Source of the DNA: Psilocybe cubensis
Lineage: Eukaryota
Direction of reading: 5' to 3'
NCBI GenBank assembly: GCA_017499595.2
Contig: CM038999.1
Coordinates: 3,410,001 to 3,474,000 of the forward strand
Length of the DNA stretch: 64,000 nt
Shown here: in pieces, positions 11,675 through 22,875 of the stretch
Layout: every line of letters starts with the position of its first letter
Position numbering within the stretch: position 1 is the stretch's first letter
Notes under the pieces: model-generated
Database searches by the model: none
Told to the model about the DNA's origin: nothing
The model's input: the letters and a program-made list of their open reading frames with translations, nothing else
Made by a program: the position numbers and the translations under genes

Positions 11675-14193
11675 CTACTTTTTTTGGGCCTTGGGTTTTT
11701 TGGGTGAGCGCGATGCTTCAGCCAGAGTCGTTTCCGCCTTTCGCTTCCGTCCAGCCCTTGTCTTTGTGGCTATGTTCGACGCGGGCAGCGTGGACGCCAC
11801 AATCTCAACATCCTCCTCCACAATTTCAACCTCGTCGCTGTCCGAGGGATCAGACAACTCCGATGAGTGTCCATTCCCGGATGGCCCAGCCTTGGAGGAT
11901 GGCTTAGCCTTTGACAATGGCTTAGCCTTTGAGGATGGGCCGGCCTTTGACGATGACGATGGCGCGGCCTTTGACGATGGTGCACCCTTTGACAACGGTG
12001 CGGCCTTTGACGTCGAACTTCGAGGACGTGGAGCTGGGAGAGGGGGTGGTGGAGACAGGGAAAGGACGGGTGGTACCGGTGGGAGCGAGGGTCGGCCAGC
12101 TGGGGGGGGCGAAGGCGCTTCTGGAGTCGAACCGGGCAAGAATAGCGCTGTTGGTGGCGCAGACACGGCAGGGAAGACGGGTGCGGGTGGAGGTGGGGGT
12201 GGGGAAGGGAGGACAGGTGCTGGCGGTGGTGGAGGAGGGGAAGGGAGAATGGGTGCTGCTGGAGGTGGAGGTAGGGAAGGGAGGGGTGCTGGCGGTGGTG
12301 GTGGGCTGGGGGATTGTGGCGCAGAGGTGGGTTCACGGGTCCGCGACGGACCCGATTCTTGTTCGACCTCCGTCTTGGAGGGTTCTGCTGCCTGTTTGGG
12401 GGCGGGATTCCTTTGTTCATCCTGCTCCAGCAAAACCCCGACCACGTACTGAACGTCCTGGATCGCCTGCTTGATGTTGTTGAACATCGTGACGGAAAGC
12501 GAAGTGTTTCCTGCCACTTGTTCTATTGCCGTGGTCCACTCGGCCTTCAGCTCTTGGAAGCTGTCCTCGACGGTCTTCATCCTCTTCTCCACCGCCAAGT
12601 TTGTCTCGGCGAACGTTGCAATCCGTGCGTTTATCGCCGTCATGGACGCGGAAAGGCCATCCATCCGTTCCATCAGTCGGCCTTGTCGCTCAAACAGCTG
12701 CACAAGCAGCTCTCCCACATCCTCGGGGAACGACCCTTCCCCGGCCTTCCCCTTCGCCGGAACATCCTCTCCCTCCTCCAACTTCAACACCTCCCCGTAA
12801 CTTCCCAGCGGCGTCGAGAGGTTGAATTGCCCGGCGACAGTGTTGCGTCCCGGGTAGAAACGTCCCGGGTAGAAACTGCAGTGAATCTTGCGAGACTTGC
12901 AAGACTCGCAAGATTGGTGCTTTACGGGGACGAGAGGCTCAGTGCCTGTCTCTCCCTTGACATGGCACGGCACCTTGAATTTGGTGCATCCTGTGCACCT
13001 TTCCACCATATCCACCATCCCCTCCGGCACCTGGCGCGCTTTCTCGGATCTCGACCGCGCCTTCCTGATGGGGGAGATATTGTCCTGGTTGGCGTCCTTC
13101 TTTGCAGACCGGGTGAGCATCTTCCGGGTGGGGGTGGTAGGCGGGGCCTCTTGGTCATCGCCTTCGTCGTCCTCGTCGACGTCGGCGTCCGCGTCTTCGT
13201 CCGTGTGGCTTCCTATGATTGCTTTGCTCCTGAACTTCCCCTGCTTGGACTTCGCCAATCTTTCCAGCTTCTCCCTGTACGCTGGGTGACCAGGCATGTT
13301 GGAGGCGGTGATGTGGGGAATGATTTCCCCCTTCTTTGTCCGTGGGCCCCTGTAGTCCGCTGGAGCTAACTGAATGGTGGGCGTCTGTCACGGGTCCGTC
13401 TTCTACCGGGGGTTCGACTGCCTTGCCCTTGCCCTTCTCGGCCCGTCTCTTCTCCGTCTCCTCCTTGTTCCTCTCCTCGTCTGTCTCCTGCTCCTGCTCC
13501 TGCTCCCTCTTCCTCCTCTCCTCCGCCTTCTGCCTCTCCTGCTCCCTGGTCTTCCTCTCCTGCTCCCTCTTCCTCCTCTCCTCCTTCCTCCTCTCCTCCA
13601 CCTTCTGCTTCTCTTCCTCCCTCTTCCTCCTCTCCTCCTCCCTCTGCCTCTCCTCCTCCTCCTCCCTCTGCCTCTCCTCTTCCTCCTCCCTCTTCTTCTT
13701 CTCCTCCCTCTTCCTCCTCTCCTCCACCCTCTGCCTCTCCTCCTCCTCTTGCTCCTCCTTCTCCCTCCTCTTCTCTTGCTCTTCCTCCTCCCTCCTCTTC
13801 CTCTGTGCCTCCTGGCCTTGCTGGTATGCCTTGAAATTTGCGACTTGATGATGCAAATTTGCCCAGTCGACCTCGAACCTTCCTACCTGCTTGCCGTCCT
13901 TGCCCTGGCTGGTCTTGTATGAATACACGACAGGGCTTGCGACATAATCCACGAGGCGGAAGTTGGCCGCGTCCCTGACGTGTTCTTGACACAGTGGAAC
14001 CTATTTGGATGAATTTTTTTTGTTCAGTAAGTCTTATGCTCAAGGGATATCGATTACTCACCAAGTCCCTGTAGAGCTGCTCCAACTGAGCGTTGAACGC
14101 GCTTTCGCCATTGCGGTAGCACTCTGTAAAGGTTTTTTCCCAGTCAGCAAGGCGTTGGGCGAAGGTGGCGGTGGTGGAAGATGAAGAGGCCAT
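11675..14193 (-). CDS. Transposon cargo protein with an E/R/K-rich helix, Zn2Cys6-type cluster, coiled coil, Pro-rich region and NLS-like tail
   Basis: C-x2-C-x6-C-x18-C-x2-C-x6-C at 12997-12878. Intron ~14061-14001. The junction at ~13406-13370 needs a short 37-nt intron or else is a frameshift. Ends PKKPKAQKK. Confidence 0.75.
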
Positions 14194-14676
14194 TGGGAAA
14201 GCGTTTTTTTTGGGGGGGAAGACGCGTTAATGGGTGAGGCACGGTAGAACGTGGGGTGGTGATCGTGGTTGGAGTTAGTCTAAAAAAAGTCTAAAAAAAA
14301 GCGGTCCCGCAAAACAAAACCATACACAAACATGTACAATCTGAGTCATGTGATTTCTTCACCAGATCCAGTTTGTGCAAAAGTTGCTAAGTTCGATACA
14401 CGGGTGAATCTATTTCCGTGTCATGGAGAATCCTCGGATAGTATTGTATTCCGTGAGATATATAAACAAGCCCACCCAGTTGCACTTTCTGGACTGTATG
14501 TCCTCCTACAACTTTATTCCCACCTCTAGCAAAAATTCCCCCATTGACTACACCAGTCTCAACAATCTTACCAGGCTTCTCAAAAAACTGAAGGAACCTC
14601 CTCCCGTAAAACCTATAAAATGTAAGACTAATTGCATTAATTCAAGTAAATTTAAATTGATTTCTGAGCATCAGCA

Positions 14677-15675
14677 ATGTCTTCAAATATTAGCAACTCT
14701 AAGGAAAGCAAACGCACAGCAAGGACGGATGACCTGGCTCCGCCGCCAATGCCAGTCATTCCAGATAACCTGGCTCCACCCCCTATGCCTGTTATTCCAG
14801 CTAACCTGGCTCCTCCCCCTATGCCAGTCATTTCATCTAACCTGGCTCCGCCCCCTATGCCAGTCATCCGGAAAGACCTGGCTCCGCCGCCAATGCCAGT
14901 AATTCCAGCTAACCTGGCTCCACCCCCTATGCCTGTTATTCCAGCTAACCTGGCTCCGCCCCCTATGCCAGTCATCCGGAAAGACCTGGCTCCGCCGCCA
15001 ATGCCAGTAATTCCAGCTAGCCTGGCTCCACCCCCTATGCCAGTCATTCCACCTACCCTGGATCCTCCCCCTATGCCTGTTATTCCAGATACCCTGGATC
15101 CTCCACCTATGCCTGTCATCCGGGATGATGCGGCTCCGCCGTTGATGGCAGCACATGTTTCATACACGTCTGTCGTCGACAAAATCATTATGGACTCTCG
15201 TCCAGCTATTTCCTCTGAGAGGAAGCAAGGTCGCTATTCTCCACCCCCTGAAGCATGCCACCTGCTCCTTCAAAACCCTTATTTTTGAACCTACGGCAGG
15301 TTTGATCCCATGGGCGGCTACCCCGGTTCGCCTCCCACCCAGTCTGACATTGAGTTCGAGAATGTAACAGATCAGACGGCGTATTTTAACCCTCCTTTTC
15401 TATATGTATATACTCAGATATTACCAAGCACTAGATACTGACAACTATTTTAGAATTATACCGAGCAGCAGCTACGGGCAACATACGACCAAATAATTGA
15501 CAGTTCCGTCGGCGACAGTAGTTATGACGGAAAGGTTACAACGTTCAAGAACCTCCGGCTGCATCAGCTGCAGTCAGAGATTCTGACTTATAATGCGCTG
15601 GAGGAAATTGACGCTGGGCTGGCAGGGATTGAATCGAGTTTGGAAAAGCATTTGTATACCGGTAGAGATGAATAA
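14677..15675 (+). pseudogene. Transposon cargo gene for a proline-repeat protein, with an in-frame stop
   Basis: TGA at 15286-15288 (NPYF*TYGRFDP). The frame stays open beyond it, through an intron ~15406-15452, to TAA at 15673-15675. Confidence 0.65.
14731..15126 (+). repeat. Coding minisatellite, 11 x 36 bp (xLAPPPMPVIxx)
   Basis: Eleven 12-aa units counted in ORF 14677..15288. Confidence 0.95.
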
Positions 15676-15768
15676 ATTATTTTTGGAGCCCTTGTGCTCA
15701 TTGACTTGCAATACACCATAAATAACCCTCCCTCTCTGGAAAGACACGGGTCAAATGGGTCTGTCTGA

Positions 15769-16072
15769 CAGCACAACACGGGTCAAAACGGATCCGTCTG
15801 CTTGCAATACACGGGATGTAGATGGACCCGTCCGGTTCATTTGCGGCCCGTGTTTTTCCCGTGCAGCCCGACACGCGGATCCCGCATGCCATCCGGCGGC
15901 TCCATTTAGTGCTAAATGGCACGTCATGTACGCTATGATTTGCCAGGATAAATCACACGTACATCACGCTAATCTCCTAATTAGGTAGCGGGAGTAAATC
16001 CACCGTGTCTCACGTAATATCCTTATTATTAAATCTTAGGTAATGTACGTTATAAATAAACTGTCTTATGTG
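15769..16072 (-). repeat. Right terminal inverted repeat (304 bp)
   Basis: Reverse complement of 715-1018. Ends CTGTCTTATGTG and is followed by CAACGTT. Confidence 0.95.
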
Positions 16073-16079
16073 CAACGTT

Positions 16080-17056
16080 TCCGTGTTGGCCTTGTGAGAT
16101 ACACACAGGTCACATTATCCATGGGATACCTCGGCCTTCTGCATGACGTGATCGCCATCCTTCGATGTGTGCTGGTGAACCCGACATATGGCTCGATCAT
16201 GTACTACCAATCGCCTGCCGCGCAAAACAAGGAAGGCTTCTACGGCGCACCAGCCGCCGATGTACCCGACAGAAAACGATTACGATCTCAGTGTCGGAAG
16301 ATGATGGGCGCTTTGCAAATGCAGTTATTTATAGGCGGAATTGTGTTAGCAGCATACGGCAACTCACTGTATAGTCAAGACTTCGATGATCAGCACAAAG
16401 CAGATGTCACAGCAGTCCTTAGGCAGGTCTTCTAGTACCACACTCAAGTCACGATCTGAATGAATGTTTTGCTAATTGCAATTCATTTAATTGCAGAACC
16501 GTCAGCTCAGCGATTGCGCTGGCAGTGTCCGTGTCTGTTCTCTTGATCACTTGATGGAGTGTATCCACGTTCCGTACCAACACCAAAAGTTCTGCTGGAA
16601 TCATAGCTGCTATAGCCTGTTTGCTAGTAAGCATGTTGAAATTTACGCAAGAAATTATACGGTGCTCACCAGTTATCATAGTTGGTGGTTGCTGTTTATT
16701 GTCTGAGCGTAATGGGACACAAGACTACATCTCTTGAAGCACACATGGCGGTAAACGAAGGCAAAGAAAAGGCGACATTTTACATCTTTCACATTCTTCC
16801 AGAGTGGCTCTGCACACTCATATTTTTTACGGTTGATATTAGAAAAAAATTCGGTACTGGACCTATGGGTGATACGCGGCTGACAGACATGACGCCAGAA
16901 CAGCATAAAAAATGGGTTACCAAGCAGACCAAAAAGGAACAGAGGCGCAGGGCAAAGTTAGGGCAGTTTGTAAGCGATGGTATGGAGTCGGAGATACCAC
17001 TGCAGCAAAATTTTGGAGGTACTGGAGATGGACATTCATACCAGGTGCTACAGTGA
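16080..17056 (+). pseudogene. 3' part of the interrupted membrane-protein gene
   Basis: Predicted exons 16080-16422, 16497-16626 and 16682-17056, with hydrophobic segments and KATFYIFHILPEWL. Under a GC-AG intron model there is a TGA at 16552-16554. Confidence 0.75.
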
Positions 17057-17326
17057 TGCAAGATAGCGACTATCGATGATTGATGTGGCTCCAACTTAAT
17101 TATGCCCAGCTAGTTTCAGAGTTGCATAATTGCCATCTACTGAATAGACCCCTGATGACAATGCGAGGAACATCAGCCGAGGTGCTCGATCAAGTCTCTG
17201 ACTCACTGCGTACTCAAACGTGCATGACTTTTCATCTCATTAAAATTTATAGACGCTGGTGCACGGTATTATTCCAACCATGATGGATTGACGCTCAATA
17301 TTCGTCATAAACCACAATTTACATAC

Positions 17327-18298
17327 CTACACCTTTGTCACCTCCTCCGTATGTTCCCAAAGTTTCTGCCGCAGCTCATCATTGCCATAATATCCCGTCT
17401 TCCCAATATCCTCGCCTTTTTTACCTATCCTTGAGGTACCATTGAGAAGGCCAGACCATAGGTATTCTGCACATTGATTTTGGGTCACAGTGAACGGTTT
17501 TGCGATGAGGTTGGCCACAGGTGCAACAGCTCGTAGCCATGGCATATGTGCTGAGCTCATGATATTGGTGAGCACAGCACCAGGGAATGAATGGGAGAAA
17601 ATGATCCCAGGATTTTGCTGTTGGAAGGACTGAAAAAAGAGGCAGGTTAATTTGGGCATTTTTTAACAGGCACTGTAGGGGTTCACCTCCACCATCAAAT
17701 CGTTGTACGTTGTTGCCGCTTCGGTAGCAGTGCGGAAAGAATAACCTTTCTTCAACCCAAGATTATTAGATTCAATCTTGCCGCCGCGACCAGCAGCCAA
17801 CACGGACATAACCCTTGCATCTTCTCCCTCCTCATTTGCCTTCTTCAAAGCATAAAGTAACTCGTCAATAAATTTCCATCGAGCATAGTAATGCACTGCG
17901 AGCGTCTTGTCAATTCCCTCCAATGTCTCATCCCGTCCTGAAGTAGAGAAAAAGCCAGGACTCAGAATGAGAAAATTGATCTTGGGGTATTTCTCCAAAA
18001 TTGTCTGAGACGCTATGTGAACATTCTTCATGAGAGTCACATCGCAGTGGACAAATTTGTGGCTCCATGTCTCAGAGCCGGTGGCTTTGGGGAAATGAGA
18101 TATGATATCCTTTGCTGCGGCTTCATTGCGTCCAACAATAACGATATGAGCCTTGCCATCTCTCCACCGTGCAAATGTTTCGGCCATTCCCTGCCCAATT
18201 CCAGAGGTTCCACCAATGAACACTGCGACTGGAGTCCCAAAGAGTTTTTCCACGATGGCTGCATTGTTGTTATCCAAGGCGGCAAGTACAGGAGCCAT
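17327..18298 (-). CDS. Short-chain dehydrogenase/reductase-like NAD(P)-binding protein (copy 1)
   Basis: AVFIGGTSGIG Rossmann motif, ETLEGIDKTLAVHYYARW. Exons 18298-17687 and 17629-17327. Confidence 0.9.
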
Positions 18299-20042
18299 GT
18301 TTCTGAAAACAGCAGCCGTCGCAAAGATTTTTGGGAACCTGTTTAACCAGAGGAAAGACATGACCTTTTATCTTTACTGTATTGGCTTGGTATTTGAACT
18401 CATACTTGCCAGTGTTAACGCTGGCGCTGAAGTGCCGAGAGTGTGACGCAAGCGTCTGGTGCAACGGCCGTCGATTAAGAGCGGTACCATTGCGCTGTTC
18501 GTTTGATTGCAAAAACACAGTTAGTGCGGTTGTGAACCTTCACATTTTTTGAGAGATATTTGAGATAGGTAAAAAAGAGTCTGTGTGTTGTCCTGTATTC
18601 TGAAAGGAAGTCTGAGAGGGTCAAGTTAGGAAAGGTTAGGAATTTCCGGAGCTTACCGAGAAAACAACCTCTCCCTTGAGGTCAAGGGAGTGGCTGTGTT
18701 GCCGAGGAAGCAATCACCATAACGTGATGGCGGTGTGACCTAGTGAAAGAGGTATATAACAAAGACATTAGGACTACTTATTGAGGATCCTTAATAAATG
18801 CTACATAGTTTAGTATCCAGAATATATCAAGCTGTGTTAGATATGTCTACACTAGGTCCTTCCTCTCTTTTGAGATGTCTCCCCACAGATCAGTAATGGT
18901 GACATTAGTGTGACCATCAGTGTTTGCCGCCCCGGCAACGCAGCCACTGCCTTGGCCGTTGTTTTTCTCGGTAAGCGCCGGTGGGGGTTTACCGATCATA
19001 GGTATCTGCCCGGCAGAACCCGAGCTTGCCCTTTTCAAAATTTTCACCATAAAACCTTGGATGGATTTGACTTCAAATTATATATTCAAGCATGTAGAAA
19101 GCGTATATACACATCAGTGCCTTTAAATTTTGAGTAAGTGCAATCAATTTAGTAGAATTCGTCTGGATGTTATCTGCCACGCTCAATGTTATCCGCCAGC
19201 CGAGGTGCCGTAACACAGCCACATTTGCGCACTTGCGCATTCAATTCACGCTCGACGGGCATTCTGGTTTGGTTTTTTGAGGCTGAGGCTCTTCGGGTGA
19301 TATTATGAATTATATGTACATTACATGATACCCAGGCAAAAATTATTATAGAAACTCAGAGTACAGACAAACATATTTATGTAGACTACTTCTTGGACGC
19401 GCGTCAGCGCGAAATTTTTGAAAATTAGCCTCTCGTTTCACACGGTATTTAACAAAATTTGTATTTGTGACAATCCGTACATATTGTCAAGCACTTTCAA
19501 CTCATTTCTCTTCAAAATTTTGACAGAAATAAAGCATTGCGAGTCTCTCTCTTTTTGTCTCCATTTTTTGGTCATTTCCCGTTTGGGACACCCACTCCTA
19601 TGAACGGAAAACCCCGGTGGGTGCCCCCTGACCGTGATATATCATGTTTCTAGTAAGCCGAACGTAAGCGCCAGTGAGTGCTTCAAAGTGAAGGCTACGT
19701 TGAACAAGTTTTCGAAATGGGTTATATATCTGCTCACCATAGCGGCATGAATGCTTATAAGTATCTGGAACTTTCGTGAATTTTTATAACGAAATACCCT
19801 CTAACCGCCAACAGGATGATTGGAAAGTTAATCCTCTGTTTTGGGTCCGACAAACTGTTCCCACCTACCGTGCACTTTGCTTACAATTGTTTTATTGTTA
19901 TACAGAGTAAAAATCGACCAGATTTATTCAATAAGTAAGGTAGGTGTACAAGATAGATGAAAGACCTGGAATCCATAGAATTTGTCGATATAAAAGTAGA
20001 AATAACTCAGAGCTATGAGAAGTCCCAGCCACCATGATGCTT

Positions 20043-20834
20043 TCATTGTCGGCCGACTTCAATGAATGATACTCTTTTGGTTTCGCATTCCTCTTTGGGA
20101 AGGCGAGCAATGAGATCTTCTTTCTTCGACTGGTTTTCACCAACATTGATCACCAAGTCAGGATGAATGCCAAAGGTTTGGTTTTGAAAGATGTCGACAC
20201 TAGTCTCAAACGCAGAGTTATTGTGCATGCAGTCCAAACTGCGCATACGGGAAATTCGGCCCCTCTTTGAGTTTTTAGCTGCATGGAGGCTCCGTTTGCG
20301 AGTGCGAATGACACTGCGGGTTCGTATATCGGTAGCATCATACTGCCACTCTTCGGTGAGGCGAACTTGATTCGAGGTCACATAGGCACTATATTCCGGG
20401 CCACAGGAATTGTGCACAGAGCTCTCCGTGAGTGTATCGACATTCGCATGGGTTGATACAGATGCTAAGGATTTGGGAACTTTGACCACGTCGCTGTTGG
20501 TGTCGTCAAACAAAGTCGCTGCGGTTCTTCGCCTGCAGTCTAGAGAACGTAGAAGTTTTCGTGCACCAATGTGTCTGATGCTGTCCATTTTACCGCCTTT
20601 TTCCTGTATTTTTTCACATATAACTTGAGAGCCGTCGATATGAGCAACAGAGTTGCTGTCAACAGACGGTATCGGACAACCCTCACTGACGACCTCGCCG
20701 TTGACGATAGCAGCGCTGAGAATGTCTTTGGTCAGTAGATTGTTGGGTTGAAATGTTTTGGCTGTGGCTACTGACTGCGCTTCTTGAACACCCTTAACCA
20801 CCATATCATCCTTTTTCTGCGGGTGAGTTAGCAT
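20043..20834 (-). CDS. Hypothetical protein or exon (263-aa ORF)
   Basis: Long ATG-initiated ORF only, with no recognisable domain. Confidence 0.35.
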   Translation of the reverse strand: MLTHPQKKDDMVVKGVQEAQSVATAKTFQPNNLLTKDILSAAIVNGEVVSEGCPIPSVDSNSVAHIDGSQVICEKIQEKGGKMDSIRHIGARKLLRSLDCRRRTAATLFDDTNSDVVKVPKSLASVSTHANVDTLTESSVHNSCGPEYSAYVTSNQVRLTEEWQYDATDIRTRSVIRTRKRSLHAAKNSKRGRISRMRSLDCMHNNSAFETSVDIFQNQTFGIHPDLVINVGENQSKKEDLIARLPKEECETKRVSFIEVGRQ

Positions 20835-22875
20835 TATATTAACAGATGAATCTGGATGTGGCTTACGGAACTGTGGTAATCTGGATCATAGCGTTGGGTG
20901 TCAAGAGGATAAGTACGAGTTGGCGCCATGTTTACAGATAAACAGAAAATTGATATAAAGGAAGGATTGTTTGACTAGAAGTTCAAAATAGGCTGTAGCT
21001 GTGATCGATGCGCAAACTTGTATCGTTGGGCGAGGATAGAGTGTTTGGGTATGGGGCCGTTCATACAGAAGTGAAGTCTTCTTATATCTCGCTGTCGGGT
21101 AAATTAATGTGGGCACTTGAATTATTGTAGAGTGGCCTGTCATTGTTCAAGATTAGTGAGTGTGGCCCGACGCCAAGCAAATTCGTCGTGGTAAATTGTG
21201 GGCCTATACACTGTTGGCCCAACCAGGCTTGCTAGCCACAGAAACAATGCCCGGGCCACTAACAGCTTACACCCCGCAAAAAAGCATGCCTACCGTCACG
21301 GAAAGCATTGAGGCAGGGGGACGATTGCGTGCGTGCCATCACATGTGCCTCGTGGTTTTACACTTGCTTTGTGCATATCGGAGGGTATAAGTACCCAGAA
21401 GATGTCCAATTCCATAACATACACTCCAGCAAAGAACAACGATGTCGTCAAGTAGATCCCGAGCGAGAGCCCTCCAGCCATTGAAAGAAATCGAAGTTAC
21501 GCACCACGCTCCTGGGCTAAGAAAGGTAAGGTACCATTTTAAGAAAGCGATAGCCCTCTCAGGCTCATATTATCGCGTACAGAGCCGTTCGTCGCCTCGG
21601 ATGATCGGAACAGAGGGCCAACCAGTGGAATTCCCAAGGGAGTTGCAAGATAAAGGGACCCTTATGCTTTCGCAGCATAGTCCTGAGAGATGGCTGGGCG
21701 TGGTCATTAGACGCCAAAAGCTGGTTTTTGCCGTTGGCCAACTGATTCATGTCCACGGGGTAAGTAAATTCCGACCTCTATAAAGCATTACGACGACTCA
21801 CCGTGCTATCATAATACAGAGAACGGACACGGGAACAACTTCATGAGGAATGCCCATTTGGACAACTGACTTTGGATTCGTTTTGTTTGCTTCGTGTTTC
21901 GTTACTTGTGCTTGACTATTTTTATTACATCTATTTCAATCATCTTCATGGTGTATCCTCAAATCCGTGAACGTTCATAAGAATTAATGATTACATTCAG
22001 AACTTCTGCGAAATGTATGGATTTGATTTTGCTTGCTTGAAAGATAGGAAAAGGAGCCATGCGACTGCGGGGATCCAGATTGAATATTCAGGATGCTGAT
22101 AAAGGTCGGAAGAATACAAACAGTGGAAGAGCTCCCCGAAGTTCGTATTATTCGTTGCTTTGATCGTTCGTTTCAAGTTTTTCTTTCTACGGGTAAATGA
22201 GAAAAATTAATCCAGATGGGAGGTTAAAACTTACTTGCGATCCCCGAATGCGCACCATATTTTCAATCTGCATGATACAGTATGGGAAGGGACCACTCTC
22301 AAATTCAACTCCGTAACGACGGCTGTGCTCATTTTCAGTAGGCAGGTTTAATTTGGCCATGTAATGGACACACCGATGACAGTTTGCATCATGATCATGT
22401 TCTTTCCCCAAGCCAAAGATAGGTCTATATTGCTCTATAATGAGAATCAATTAAAATCCATCTGAGAAAACTTTTGGCTGTGGTGCCTCAAGCTGTGACC
22501 TTCTATCTTTTCTGACGGAAACAAACCTGCCTGAGTTTATCTACACATGTTCCCAATACATAGGGTAGATGTAACTTCGATGTATCAACCCAATCATTTG
22601 GCGATGTCGAGGATTAACATTGGTTAGGGGCTCAAGATTCTGTGATAGTTTCTCTGTATGATTGAGCATGATCCAAAGTTTGCTTGTTTGGAATGAAGGT
22701 GTGAAGATTGTTCAGTCGGGAGACGTCTTATGTTGCTGGGGGCGGCGGTCAAGTTCATCAAGGTCAAGTCGATGTTGTAGAAAATATTCTCTCCGGTTGT
22801 TAGTTTACAGGAGGCGTGGGAATTTATGAGGTCCCAGTTGCGGCGTCGGGTTCCAATTTCGTTCCAATAATCGTC

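Larger units (their letters stand above)
715..16072. mobile_element. Complete KDZ (Kyakuja-Dileera-Zisupton) superfamily DNA transposon, ~15.36 kb, carrying TET/JBP and other cargo genes
   Basis: 304-bp TIRs, flanking TSD, internal CxC2-KDZ transposase, and insertion within a host exon. Confidence 0.93.

Noticed and set aside
11607-13922. Long plus-strand ORFs (281, 351 and 182 aa)
   Set aside because: Antisense shadows of the GC-rich, low-complexity Zn2Cys6 gene.
14731-15126. Regular 36-bp repeats resembling a CRISPR array
   Set aside because: There are no unique spacers. It is a coding minisatellite in a eukaryotic gene.
21160-21860. Possible degenerate multi-exon gene on the minus strand
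   Set aside because: Splice-like signals exist, but I could not build a stop-free model or recognise a family.
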